A DNA stretch of 63,901 nucleotides, counting the filler, from Olpidium bornovanus S191 (lineage: Eukaryota; Fungi; Olpidiomycota), in assembly GCA_017911155.1 (NCBI GenBank). It is 31 parts of 31 records of this genome, joined end to end, with 100 filler letters (N's around TTAATTAATTAA, not from the genome) between each part and the next. Parts side by side here need not be neighbours in the genome. Positions count along the whole stretch, not along the records: positions 22,202 to 24,268 come from JAEFCI010008847.1; positions 24,369 to 26,489 come from JAEFCI010006752.1; positions 26,590 to 27,745 come from JAEFCI010013240.1; positions 27,846 to 29,199 come from JAEFCI010008109.1; positions 29,300 to 31,145 come from JAEFCI010012007.1; positions 31,246 to 33,333 come from JAEFCI010009643.1; positions 33,434 to 37,255 come from JAEFCI010002771.1; 24 more parts are not named here. One strand, given 5' to 3'. The notes under the pieces were generated by a model. It was not told the origin of the DNA, did no database searches, and was given only the letters and a program-made list of their open reading frames with translations. A program made the translations under genes and the position numbers. Below are positions 22,485 to 34,741 of this stretch, piece by piece (position 1 is the stretch's first letter; the number at the start of each line of letters is the position of its first letter).

Positions 22485-24268
22485 CTACGGCGCAGCCTTC
22501 CATATGAACAGGCGGTTTCGACTGTCGACCGCGGTTATCACGGTGCCGTTTTCGTTCACGGCCACGTCTCGGATGGCGCCGTCGGACTGCGGGTGACTGA
22601 GGAGCTGCGTGAGTGAGAAAGAAAAAGAGAGGCAAAGAGAAAGAGAGAGAGAGTGAGAGAAAGAGAGAAAGAGAGTTTTTTAGAGAAAGAGAGAGAAAGA
22701 GAGATCAATAATCGGGAGGGTTTTGAGACTTTGACCTTGCGGACGAGATCCGTTCGGTCGCGCGCGCTCGAACGAGGTATTTAATCAGCTCTCTTAACCT
22801 TGCGCGGTTCGACCGGTCCTTTGTTCTCGGCGGCTTTCAAGTCGTACACCAGAACGTCGCCGTCACCCGTGCCGACTATGACCGCTGCGCCGTCTGCGTC
22901 GGCGTTTGGCATTTTAGAAGAAGAAAGCAAACAACCCCCCCCCCCACCCCACCCCACCCCACCCCGCCCGCGAAAACTCGGACGTCAAGGCCAAAAGCGC
23001 GGCTGCGCGGAAATGAAAAGATGCGTGTCGCGCGGGTGGCCACTTGCCCGCGTCGAAAGCCAAGGAAAACCTCATGAACGTCCGTTCGCGCGTCCCCGTC
23101 TCGAACCGCATGAGGACGTCCGTGTCCTTGCCCAGGTGTCCGCCGCGCCCGCGTGGTCCGAGGCCTGTCCGCCAAAGCGCTCCCTTTCCGTCCACGCTCT
23201 TCGTCAGCCAGGCGGGCTGTCCCGCCAACTCCAGGGCGGCGACGCAGTCGACGGCCGACGCGTGCAGGCCGCCTGGCACGATAACTGCCGTTGGTTCCTC
23301 CGACGTCGCCGCGGCCGAGTCTCGTCGCCGTTTCCGGGACGCCGGCTGCAGTATTGTGTCCGGCAGGGCGTACGCCAGGATCGACCCGTTGTGTGTCCCG
23401 CACAGCAGGCCGGATTCCTCCGGGTCAAACGAAAGCGAGTAAACCCTGTCGCTTGACTCAAAAACTGCCAGGCAGCTGCGCAACGGGGGGGGGGGGTCAG
23501 CGCGCGCGCGCGCGGCTTGCCGCTAGGGTCACCCGCGCGCTTCAATCCCGCTCTGCAAACGTTCACCTGGAATCGTCGTCGTCTTCTCCGCCGACCGTCC
23601 CCGCGTCCCACAGTCGTATCGACTTGTCGTCCGACGCGCCTTGACGTGTGACGTGGTGTACGGTTATCAGACATCAATCACCCGTCGCAAGCCTTCTTTT
23701 TTGCGTGATTCCCTTCCCCCCCCACTTTACCGCCTCAACCCCCCCCCCCTCTAACCTCCCCCGGCCCCAACCCCTTTTTCGCCCGCGCGACTTGCGTACT
23801 CAGAAGCCACCTTGGATTTCTCTTGGCGAACGCCACCGTCCGCACCGCCTCCCTGTGGCCGCGGAGGTACCGGTAACACGTCGCCTGCAGCGTGTTGATC
23901 AGGCGGACCGTGGCCAAGTGGCCCGCCGACGCCAGCACATGGTGCGTCCCGCGCCCGCGCCGCTCCCCCGCCTCGAGCGTTGTCCAGGCCAGCGCGTAAA
24001 ACTCCTCGAGCTCCTCCAGGTGCGTGTACTTCGCGCAGACCCTGCCGGTGTCGCAGTCGACGAGGCACACCGACCTTCCCCCGCACGTAGCGAGCAGCTC
24101 GAGATCGTCCCGGCCGCCCGCCGCGGGCCGGAACGCGCAGCACCACACCTGCACCCTGTCGTCCAGCGCCCCTGCCGGCGAGGTCGAATGCGGCCGGACG
24201 ATGTGGCGCAGCTTGAAAGTCGTCCCGGGTGCTTTCGGGGCAGCCGGAGCCGGCGTCAGCGGGGGGGG
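22485..24268 (-). CDS. LRWD1: LRWD1/ORCA-like (EED-related) WD40 protein, 5 exons, 5' truncated
   Basis: QVWCCAFRP...LATCGGRSVCLVDCDTGRVCAKY...EEFYALAWT...VLASAGHLATVRLI...GHREAV...LLS|ASDDKSIRLWD resembles human LRWD1 (LWACAFEP...ATCGGEAVCVIDCQTG...KY...EEFFSVAWT). Later exons give VIVGTGDGDVLVYDL and LLSHPQSDGAIRDVAVN...LFIWKAAP*. Confidence 0.8.
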
Positions 24269-24675
24269 NNNNNNNNNNNNNNNNNNNNNNNNNNNNNNNN
24301 NNNNNNNNNNNNTTAATTAATTAANNNNNNNNNNNNNNNNNNNNNNNNNNNNNNNNNNNNNNNNNNNNAACAGTGGGGGCGGGAGAGCGGTGTGCGCGGT
24401 GGAAAGCGCCCCCGCGCTCTCTTTTTCCCGGCGCGGGGGGGGGGGGGGGGGGGTTGGAGGCAAAGCCGACCGGAACCGCGTTACGCCGGAAAAAGGCGTG
24501 GTGGCGTGTGAGTGTGAGTGTGAGTGAGTAAACGAACAAAAAAAAAAAAAAAAAAAAAAAAGGGAAAGAAAAAAAAGGCGCATGAGGAAACAAAAAAAAG
24601 CGCGCGAGGAAATAAAAACGAGGGGGAAAAAACGCAAGCCGGAAAAAAAAAGCCCCCTGCGGGGTCCTGGCTCAC

Positions 24676-25456
24676 CGGAAAGGTCGCCTAGTTCGCACGT
24701 TGAAAAGTCGGACCTGTCGCACTTGTAGTCCGTGACGTTGCCGCCCTGGCCAACGGCGTCGGGATCGAGGTGAATGCCTAGGGCGGATTTCCAAGCCCCC
24801 GCCCCCCAAACCCCCCCCCAGGGTCCCACGATGAAGAGAGTCAGGATTTTCGTGAAAGCGAAAAAAGAGAGACGTTTCGAAAGTTTCGCCCGCAAACCGG
24901 CCGCCTTCTATTCTTTTTCTTTCTTTTTTTTTTTCTCGCTTCTTTATTCGCCCGAGCAGAAACGCGTTTTACCGGTGCTGAGGCAGCTGCCGGTGGCGTC
25001 CATCGGTTTCTCGTGGACGTGATAAAGGTAGTAGGGCTCGCTGGAGTTCAGGCCCGCCAGGTCGACTGTGATCTGAAGGGGTCCCTGGGCAGAACTCGCG
25101 GCGAAGGCGAAGCGGCCCGTGACGCCCGTCGTCGCGGTGGTGAGCTCCGCCACGGCGAACTTTTTTGCCGGTGAATTCCGATCGGGGAAGGGGAGGGGGG
25201 GGGGACCCCGGGAAGGGCGGAAAAGCAGGGGGGGGGGGAAGAAGCGGGGCTGTGAGAAGAGCGTGTTTACGACCGAAACCGTAGCCCAACCGCCGATTCA
25301 AGGTTAGGCAACGTATGCCAGGAGGGGCGGCGGGTGGGGCGGGGGTGGGTGACACGAGAAAACTCTTACGAGGCTGTCTCCGCCGGCGACATCCTGGGCG
25401 ACGGCGGCGGCCACGGCGGAGAGGAGCGCCGCCGAGAAAAAACCGGCGAGGCGCAT
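24676..25456 (-). CDS. Secreted Cu-only (SOD5-type) superoxide dismutase, 3' truncated
   Basis: Exon 25456-25370 encodes a signal peptide (MRLAGFFSAALLSAVAAAVAQ). Exon 25159-24973 gives YYLYHVHEKPMDATGSCLSTG; exon 24777-24676 gives IHLDP...C...CELGDLSG. Confidence 0.88.
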
Positions 25457-25646
25457 GGCGAAGGAAAGTGGGGCTTCTTCTTTTCAGCGCGAAGTTTCTT
25501 TTTGGGGTGGGCCGGAGAGGGCGGGGGAAGGAAGGTCGGGAGGGGTTTCTCCAACTTTATTATTTTTCTTTTTTTTTTTTTCCCTGCGCGTTTCGCGAAA
25601 AAAGAAGCGTGCGGTGGGGTTTGTGCGCACGCGCCCGGAAGCAAAA

Positions 25647-25647
<1 letters not shown>

Positions 25648-25735
<88 letters not shown>
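25648..25735 (+). repeat. Poly-A tract (88 nt)
   Basis: Uninterrupted A run upstream of the SOD gene. Confidence 0.9.
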
Positions 25736-25737
<2 letters not shown>

Positions 25738-26804
25738 CCCCAAGGGCGGTTTTTCCCCCCCCCCCCCCCCACTTTCTTCCCCCCTTTTCCCCATACCCCT
25801 TTCCACATCGCGATCGTGATTTACTTTTTTTTGTTTTTTTTTTTTTGTTTTTTTTTTTGGAAAGGGGGTGGGTGGGTAAGGGGGGAGGGGGGACGAGCCG
25901 AGCGAGCGTAGGTAAGTATAGTAGTAAGAGCAGGGGGGGGAAGGGGAGGGTAGGGGAGGTAGGCGCGAATTTCCGCGAGAAAGGACAAAAACGGTGCGCT
26001 CCCTCCGAGAATTACGGTTGCGCGCCTTATTTTTATAAGTGAAGGGTGAAAAAAAAAATGCCTCGCGAAAAAAATCCTGGCCGGCACCGTAAAAAAAATG
26101 CGCACTTCCCCGACCTTCCCCTCCTTCCCTTTTCAATTATCGGACAAGCGACAAGAGGTTCCCCCCCCGCGCCCTCCACACACACACACACACACGCACG
26201 CACCGCCACGCCTCGGCGCGCGCGCGTGCGCGAGTCGTCGTTCCAGCGCGCCGCGGCGACTCGAGGAGGTTTTGAGCACGGGCGCTGCGGGGCGAAACGT
26301 ACGCGTTCCCAACGCGTTGGGGGGTGTCAAGTCAAAAAGGACCGGGAGGGGGGGGGGGAGGGTGTTTTTGCTGAAACGAGACCTGAAACAAAGGGGTTCA
26401 GGGGGGAGATAGTGCACCGCGCCCACCCGGGTTTTCCCCTGAAATCCTCTCTATAAAATAGGGTAGATTCCCGGAATAGAGCAGCTCCCNNNNNNNNNNN
26501 NNNNNNNNNNNNNNNNNNNNNNNNNNNNNNNNNTTAATTAATTAANNNNNNNNNNNNNNNNNNNNNNNNNNNNNNNNNNNNNNNNNNNNACCACCGCGGC
26601 GGCGGCTCTCCTCCTTCTTCGTGCGTGAACGCCGGCCGGCCCGACGGGCCAGGCAGGGCAGGCGGGCGCGCGACGGATCGATCCGGGCGGCAACGCGAAG
26701 GGCGGCGCAGGGCAGAGGGGAAACGCGGGGGGTGGGGGGGGGGGGGGGGCCCGGGGGGGGGGGGAGGGGGGGGAGGGGGGGGGGGGGGGGGGGGGAGGGG
26801 GGGG

Positions 26805-26867
<63 letters not shown>

Positions 26868-27845
26868 GCGTGCCGGGCGCGCGGAGAAGGAGGAGAAGGA
26901 GGAGGAGGAGGAGGAGGACGAGGAGGACGAGGAGGAGCGGCGACAGCGGCAGCGGCAGCGGCGAGGACTTTGAGGCGGGTATCGATGGGAAGGGCGGGGG
27001 GGGAGGGGCCGCCGTCACGGGCTTTTTTTTTTTTTTTTTTTTTTTATCCTGACTGAGAGAGAGAGAGAGAGAGGCGCGCGCTCTCGCAATCTCAGAACCA
27101 AAAAAAAAAAAAAAAAAAAAATTTCTTCCCCCCCGGGATCCCGCTCTCTCCCGCTCTATCTCTCTCGCGCACGTGAAGATGGCGCGCTGTTTTTTACTTT
27201 TGCTTTTTTTTTTTTGTTTGTTTGTTTGTTTGATGCGGGCAGCAGGCGTCACGTGACACCTGCTTGGTCACGGGCGCCCCGTGAGAAAAAAACCGCAGCC
27301 CGCGCTTGCGGCGGAAACGGGGGAGCCGCTGCTGCTGCTGCCGCCGCCGCTGCTGCTGCCTCCGGTGTGAATGTTGTTTGAGTTGGCAGGGGAAAGAGGG
27401 GAAAAGGGGGGCGGGGGCGGGGGCGGGGGGAACCGGTGGGAGGGGAGGGCGGGCAAATCATGTATGATAAAGCAGCCCCAGGAGCCACGCAGCGCCACGC
27501 CACGCCACGCACGAGGCTCTGAGTGGCGCGCGCCGATCCACGTCGGCTCACGAGAACCTCGCAGCCAGAACCATTCATTTTCTTTTCCCTTTTTTTTTTT
27601 TTTTTTTTCCGGCGCCCTTTAAGAGGAAACAAGTGATCGCCGTCTCTTGCCTTTCAGAAGACGATAACAAAGCCCCTTGGGTCCCTTTGCCACCGGATAT
27701 GTATTTTGGAAAGCTGCGTCTAACGCCGCTAAACCTGGGGGGGGGNNNNNNNNNNNNNNNNNNNNNNNNNNNNNNNNNNNNNNNNNNNNTTAATTAATTA
27801 ANNNNNNNNNNNNNNNNNNNNNNNNNNNNNNNNNNNNNNNNNNNN

Positions 27846-28506
27846 AGTTTCTTACTCAGGATGGAATGGAAACTCCGACGCGTTTCTAAGCCAGCGACGA
27901 ACTTCTTAAAAGTTTCACCGTTTAACGAAAGCAAGGCGGCATTCTCAAGGGCCGCTTTGTCCCATGGGCGCGGGTGAAACTGCCGAGCACCGGGTCCCCG
28001 CCTGTAATAGCAACTTTGTATGAAAAGTACAATTCGACAAAGAAGCTCGCAGCAATGGTGCGCCAACAAACTTTACCAGACTCCGTCAGCCGGCGTTCGA
28101 CGATCAAATTGAGTTTTTGCGTGTTATCATGGGTCCATCGCAAACGTGATGAACACCTCCTCAGGCCAATTTTTGCTGCCATGGACGCACCCTCTCGGGA
28201 AGGCCTACCAACGGCTTTGGATACCGCGGTCAAGTCCGGCCGGACTGCGTTTAGGTTGCCGGTTTCGGCAAAAGCGTACCGGAGAGCCTGCAACTCTACG
28301 TTTGTCCAGGGCAAAAGTTGTGCATATTTCGTTATTCCGGCTTTCGGAGTCCGCCCCAATTTGCGTGAAAAATCCTGCCAATTAAACGCTTGAGGGTCAC
28401 GTTGTCTCGTCCAGTAAGCGCCGAGCAGGCGGCTGACATCCGCATCGCTCCACCGCCGCCGTCTGGTTGGTTTTGCTGGATGGGCGCCGTGCGTGGGGAA
28501 TGACAA
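27846..28506 (-). CDS. Myb/SANT-like repeat protein (frame change near 28040; 3' truncated)
   Basis: Spaced Trp repeats: RWSDADVSRLL...WQDFSRKLGRTPKA, PWTNVELQAL, RWTHDNTQKL...VCWRTIAASF. A further PWDKAALE lies in a second frame. Confidence 0.55.
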
Positions 28507-29348
28507 GCTTTCACAAAGAAGTCCATCTCTGATTATTTAATAAAGGATGCTGGGACAAATTTGGGAGCGTGGCAAGATAGCCCTTTGCGTTTGAGGTCTC
28601 CGGCGGAATTTCCGCGTGCGAGAATTCCTTCGCGCAACACACCGAAAGGCCGGAGAAGCACCGTCACGTGGGCGGTGTCCAAGGGACCCGGCGAAAGGCT
28701 CGGAATTTGCGGACCGCGGAAATCTTGGTTCGCCGCTGACTTTATTCGACGGAAGCGAAAAGGCGACTTGCGCAGCGCCGGAGCGGGCGATCTTGTGTCG
28801 CCCGCAGGCGTGGCGCGCCTGATGGTCCACGCTTACGCATTGTAAAACAACAAGGATTTTTCCGGGCTTCGTTATAAGCAATGCCAAGGCAACCACCACT
28901 CCCTCCCCCCCTGCTCTTCCTTTCTCTCTTCTGTCCTTCCACTTTCCGCCAGCAATCGCGGGCGCCCGTAGTGGAGCGCCGTGACTGAGGGGCAACGCGG
29001 GAGGCTGGTGCCGTTTCCGGCCGGCCTGCCGGAAAACGTACAGAGATGAACCCAGTCCGAAGTCCCGCCCGATTCTCTCTCTCCACTGGAGACCACGAGA
29101 GCAGTTTGGGCCGATTGCGGAGTGACGCAGAAAAACAGGAGCGGTTTTCCCGCCGGTGATCCTCGTCCAATAGGGTAACGGCCGTGGTTAACCTGCATGN
29201 NNNNNNNNNNNNNNNNNNNNNNNNNNNNNNNNNNNNNNNNNNNTTAATTAATTAANNNNNNNNNNNNNNNNNNNNNNNNNNNNNNNNNNNNNNNNNNNNC
29301 CTCCCCCCCACGCGCCCTCCACACGACGCCCCGCCGCCGCTCCCATCC

Positions 29349-29432
29349 CCGACCGACCGACCGACCGACCGACCGACCGACCGACCGACCGACCGACCGA
29401 CCGACCGACCGACCGACCGATCGACCGATCGA
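29349..29432. repeat. (CCGA)n tetranucleotide microsatellite
   Basis: About 20 tandem CGAC units with two variant units at the end. Confidence 0.95.
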
Positions 29433-29669
29433 CCCGAACCGGAAAAGCAGCCTCCCCCGCTCACCCCGCGGCTTCCGCGTGTGTGAAATTCCAAAAAAAA
29501 AAAAAAAAAAAAAAGAGAGGAAAAAAAAGCCAACCAACCAACCCAGGAGGACCCCGCTCTCCCGGCTCAACGGAAAAACCTCTCTTCCCTGTGCTTGGAC
29601 TTCCTCCCAAACCTTTTTGTCGAGGACACCTACCCGAAAAGGCAGATAAAAAAACTTTTTTTTTGTTAA

Positions 29670-30962
29670 ATGCCTTTGCCGGCGCCGCTGTCGGCAGAGC
29701 GGTGCGCCGCTTCCGTGCCAGACCTCGCCTCGCCCTTCACCTCAACGCCTCGAGCGCTGGACGATGAGCCGCGATCGGTCGCCGCGGCGGCGGGCATCGC
29801 GTCGAGGGCGGACGGGCCCGAGGCTACGACGCCGCCGCCCGGTTCGGAGCCGCCGTTCGGCGGGGACGAGGGTCGCAAACGGGAAAACAGAGCCCTGTCT
29901 CTGAGGGATTTCCTCGCGAGCGAACCGCCGCCGCCGCCGCCGCGGCAGCCCTCGCCGCTGAACAAAGAGCGCCGGACTTCGGCCCCTCAAAGCCTGTTTG
30001 GCTGGGGCTCCGGTTCGCTCAGGCGAGACACGATGCACGCCGCCAAAGATTTCTGGGCGGGCAACGCTGCTGCTGCTCCCGCTCAGGCCGAGCCGCCGCG
30101 CAAGCCGTCGACGTCGTCGGGCGGCGGCCGGGCGACGGAGCACCCTGTCGCCCAGCGATCGTCCGGGGGGTCGACGCATTCCATGCAATCCACAGGGAGC
30201 ACGGCCAGCTGCTCCTTTTCGGTACCCGGCGAGCGGAAGTCGTTCGACATCCGGAGCGGGACATTGAGGAGGCCGCAAAACAAAGATGTATGTATGAGCG
30301 CCCAAGGAGCGATTGTTTTTTTTGGGCGCGGGAGAGCAAGGGGGGGAGGTGGGGGAGAGCGGGGATCATGGCGGGGATCACCCCGTCCTGCTCCACAGGA
30401 TCGGTTAAACAGGTCGGCGGCTTTTGACCCAGGAGAAAATCCCGACGGACAGCGTTCCTCGAAACGAATTGGAGGACTTCTTCCGCTCCCTCTACGTCGG
30501 CCCGATGGAGTACGGGCTGCGGGAACTCGACGACGGCCGCGCGGCTCCGCCCGAAAAAGGGGAACAGGAAAACGGCGCCGCCCCGCAGTCGGGCGCCCCG
30601 GCCTCGATCGGCGGCGCCGCGGCGTCGTCGCCGGCGCCGCCGCACGGCGACGGGAGAGATCTGGCGGCGGACGCGCCGAAGCGCTCGAGGAGGGCGTTTT
30701 CGCTCCGCCGACAAAGCAGTTTGATCGAAGACCCCGCGCTTGAGGAGGAGCAAGACGTCGGGCCCGGGCAGGACGAGCTGTACAGTGTCAAGGACCCGGA
30801 AGCGGAAGCCCGCCGGCAGGGAAGCGAGGCTGATTCGACGGCGGCCGCCGGCCCCGGGGCCGAGCCGGACTCGCGCAGGACGGGCCCCGCGAAAAATGTT
30901 CTCTTCAGGCAGCGGAGCAAAGACCTTTGCCCGGTTCTTGTCGTGCAATACGACGTGGACCC
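29670..30962 (+). CDS. Hypothetical Ser/Pro-rich protein, two exons
   Basis: Frame from 29670 to a GTATGT donor at about 30289, CAG acceptor at about 30432, then EKIPTDSVPRNELEDFFRSLYVGPMEYGLRELDD...KDLCPVLVVQYDVDP. Gene-like codon bias; family not recognised. Confidence 0.5.
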
Positions 30963-31274
30963 GAGTGAGCGAGTGCACCGGGCTTCCCCCCGCACATCCC
31001 CCTCCACTCACCCCCCCCCCCCCCCCCCCCCCCCCCGGGGGCGCGGGGGTTGGCCAAGAAAAGACAAAATAAAAAAAATTTTTTGGGTTCCTTTTTTTTT
31101 TCCAGTGAAAAGAACTGCAGGGCCCCCATTCACAGAGCGAGAAAANNNNNNNNNNNNNNNNNNNNNNNNNNNNNNNNNNNNNNNNNNNNTTAATTAATTA
31201 ANNNNNNNNNNNNNNNNNNNNNNNNNNNNNNNNNNNNNNNNNNNNCCCCCCCCCCCCCCGGGTGCGTTGCCGCG

Positions 31275-31325
<51 letters not shown>

Positions 31326-31491
31326 AAACCCCAACCCCCACCCCCGCCCCGCCACAGCTGCAACCCTCCCGGCCCCCGTCCCCGTTTTGGCAGAGACTGG
31401 GAATCCCCCGCCCGACGAAAAAAAAAAGCCGGCGCAAGCGTAGAGTTGAGGGAGAGCGAGAGCGCGCTCGCGGAGAATCAGGCGGGAGCGA

Positions 31492-31557
<66 letters not shown>

Positions 31558-32458
31558 AAAGAGAGGAGGTGGTGTTCCTCCTACCTTCTCCACCACAACG
31601 GAGGGAGTTGAAAAAAAAAAAATCAAGGGAGAGCCCGGCCCTCGCCTCCCCCCGCGCTGGCATCGCGGAACGTAACATGCCCGAGGAAAAGGCGCACCCC
31701 CCGCCGACCGCGACGACCACCGTCTTGCTCCGGTAAAAAAAAGCAGCGGAGGGGGCTGGCTGTTCGGAAGCTGGCGGTTCGGAGGTTGGGTGTGGGGGGG
31801 GGAAGAGGGGGTGGAACGGAATCGCCTCGCCACCCCCCCCCCTCCCCCGCTTTTTTTTTTTCCATACCCTTTCCGTCGTCCTGGCTCCGCGCGCGCCCGC
31901 CCGCTGCGCGTCGGGCGTTCTTTTGCCGCGGCGTGCCTGACTCTTGCCCCTTTTTGCGAAATGTTTTTTTTTCCGTCGTCCGCCAGGAAGCCGGCCGAAC
32001 TTCCAGCCGCGCGCGGATCGCGCCTGTCTCCGCCGGCCGGCTGGCCGAATTCGGCGGAGTGACAACGCGAACCTCGCCGGACTCCCCAGAAATCACGTCG
32101 TCCATTTCTCCGAGGCGTCTTGCCGCGTCCGCCGCGAAAAAAGCGCCAGCAGGGCTTCTGCCCGACCGGGCGGTTGTTCTGGAGCCGATATCGCGCCCCA
32201 CCACCCGATTCCGCCCCGGCGTGGTTTTGCGCCGAAAACGTCCGGTTCCCCGCCCGGCCTTCCTCAACTGACGTGACATCGAAAACGGCGCGGTGTCTCT
32301 GCAAGTTGTGCGACGCGAGCCAAGAGCGTCGTTTTTCAGACAGACAGACTTTTGGGGCACGGGGCTTGGAGATCCGGGTCTGCAGAGACGCGCGCGGGGC
32401 GCTCCTGCCGCCCGGCTGACGCGTCTGCTCGCAGGAAAAGTCTGCGCGCGACTCCCAA

Positions 32459-33199
32459 ATGCCTTCCGCGCGGAACGAACCCCCGGAGTCCCGGAACCGC
32501 GCCCGCTCGTCCGGCGCGCCGGCGCCGTTCGGCGCCGGACCGGAGCCCGCGCGGCGGTCCGACCTCCCGGTGTCGGCTCTGGTGCGCCTGCACGTGATAT
32601 CCGCCGCCCGCCTCGGCCGCCCGGAAGACGCGGCGGACGGCGGCGGTGCGGTCCGCGTCGACGCGCGGCGGCTGCCGCTGGGCCGCGCGCTGCAGCACCG
32701 GAAGATGTTCGACGCGACCCTGCGCGCCATGGAATCCGCCGGTCCCGAGGAGGTCCGCCGCCTGGAGGACGAGGAGATGAGGGGCCTCGAAATGGACTGG
32801 TTCGCGAACCAGATCGGCTCCCTGTTGGAGGAGACGGACGGCCGCGGGGACTGCGGCGACGAGCGCGCGGCCCGCGGCGGCGGCGTGGTCGTCGTCGTCC
32901 GCGTCTCCGGCGACGAGCGGGGCGCCGGCGGCCGGTCCGCGGCGGTCGTTCCTCCGGCGGCCGCCGCGCCGCGGAACGCCGCCGCCGCCGGCGGCCGGCC
33001 CGGCGTCCGGTGCTGCTGGTCCGGCGCGCAGGCGCCCTTCCCCGGGGAACCGCTGCCCGCCAAGAGGCCGCGCGGGCGGGCGTCGCCCCGCCGCCGCGCG
33101 TGCTGCGACGACGGCCGGCCCGGCCGCCCGCGCGTTTCTGCGAAGAACTGCGCTGGCGCGTCGGGCGCCCGGTTGCCGCAGTTTCTGCTGTCGGCCTGA
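32459..33199 (+). CDS. Hypothetical protein
   Basis: GC3-biased frame containing LQHRKMFDATLRAMESAGPEEVRRLEDEEMRGLEMDWFANQIGSLLEE. Start uncertain; no domain recognised. Confidence 0.4.
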   Translation: MPSARNEPPESRNRARSSGAPAPFGAGPEPARRSDLPVSALVRLHVISAARLGRPEDAADGGGAVRVDARRLPLGRALQHRKMFDATLRAMESAGPEEVRRLEDEEMRGLEMDWFANQIGSLLEETDGRGDCGDERAARGGGVVVVVRVSGDERGAGGRSAAVVPPAAAAPRNAAAAGGRPGVRCCWSGAQAPFPGEPLPAKRPRGRASPRRRACCDDGRPGRPRVSAKNCAGASGARLPQFLLSA

Positions 33200-33644
33200 A
33201 AAGTTCGCCGCCTCGCCCCGCCCCCGCCCTCTTCTTCCCCATCACCAAGCAGTCAAAAAAAAAAATGGAAGAAAAAAAATGGAAGAAAAAAAATGGAAGA
33301 AAAAAAAATTGAAGAAAAAAAAAAACTGCATGCNNNNNNNNNNNNNNNNNNNNNNNNNNNNNNNNNNNNNNNNNNNNTTAATTAATTAANNNNNNNNNNN
33401 NNNNNNNNNNNNNNNNNNNNNNNNNNNNNNNNNCATTCCTCGCCTGAACCAACGTTTGTGCGGCAACCAATATGTCACCATAAACATAAAGTTGCCAAAG
33501 CAAGTGGAGCGTCCGCACGTCCCAAACGGAGGGGGAAAGGGGGGGGAGGGGGGGGTGGCTCAGTTTCGCCCTGAAGAAGTGGCCCCTGTGTCCTATCTTA
33601 AACGTTGCGCCCCACTGACCTTGTTTCCCCGCGGTCACATGTAG

Positions 33645-33951
33645 GTCGCTCACCCCGGAACAGCGCGAGCACTTCGAAGCGCTGGCCGAGCGCGAGCGGG
33701 ACGTCAAGGAGGCCTCCAAGACGTCACCACCTTCGAGTTCCGCTTCCTCCTCCGCCCCCTCTTCCAACGGCTCGTCTGAAAATGACGCGGCGCCCACGGC
33801 GGAGTCAAAGCCTGCGAGTTCAGACGGAGGTGGGGGCGGCGTACTGCGGTCCGCGATCGCAAACATAAAGCAGAAGGTCGACGACATTCTGCACGGGAAC
33901 CACCAGACAGGCGGCAGCGACCCGGCTACACAGGGACTGGCCGAAAGGTGA
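33645..33951 (+). CDS. Terminal exon of an unknown protein, possibly the end of an HMG-box
   Basis: CTGAC branch plus TAG acceptor, then SLTPEQREHFEALAERER (like HMG helix 3), a Ser-rich linker, and a stop at 33951. Not in the ORF track. Confidence 0.35.
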
Positions 33952-34706
33952 CGACGACGGGCTACACGAGGGCCACCGCAAAAAAACCGACGAAGACGAG
34001 AAGAACTAGACGGGGATTATTGGCATCTACCGCCCTTAATTTTTTTTGTGCTTAGATAGAATGAACAAAAAGAAGCGTGCGCGAACGAAAAAAAAAAAAG
34101 AGAGAGACTGTTGGCGGCGGGGGGAAAGGGGGGTTTTTTTTTTCTTTTTCCGCCGGCGCCGCTCAGCAGGAAGCGTAGGCCTCGATCGTGCGTGTCAAGG
34201 CGGAAGCGGCAACACGCAACCCCCCCTCCCCCCCCCTTTCCCCCCACCTGCGAAAAAAAGAAACAACGCGCCCGCGCCGTTTCGCCCGCCGGATTCTGCA
34301 AGCGCGTAGCCGCAGCAGCGCATTCCGCAGCCCGGGGAGGACCGTCGAAGCCGCGATCGAGCACAGAGTGTCTGGGACGCGCGCGGCCGGGCCGCGCCGG
34401 GGGCCCCTGGACAGTCAAGCCCCCCGCGCTGCGGTGTCGTCGAAATGATATATCACGTACAAATCATTGCATAATGTAAACGTAATCAATAAACAAAATC
34501 CAAGTATCAAATAACATTCATGCCTCAATTATTACCTTACTGTTATATTGCTCCGCCGGGATCAACGGCAAAAGGAGAGGTGGGTAAACTGTCTGCGTCC
34601 AAAAGGCGGGAGTCGGTTGCGTCCGCGAAACGGGCGTCCTCACAGCCCAGGTTGCGACCACGACGGCGTGGTCTATTCGGGTTTCGCGACTTCAAACCGA
34701 GGGAGA

Positions 34707-34741
<35 letters not shown>

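Noticed and set aside
31198-33312. Very long overlapping ORFs (621, 541 and 339 aa) and similar ones at 7192-8673, 17759-19072, 19590-20702 and 34548-35717
   Set aside because: Arg/Gly/Pro/Ala-rich shadow frames expected in high-GC DNA, or antisense to real genes; no domain signal.
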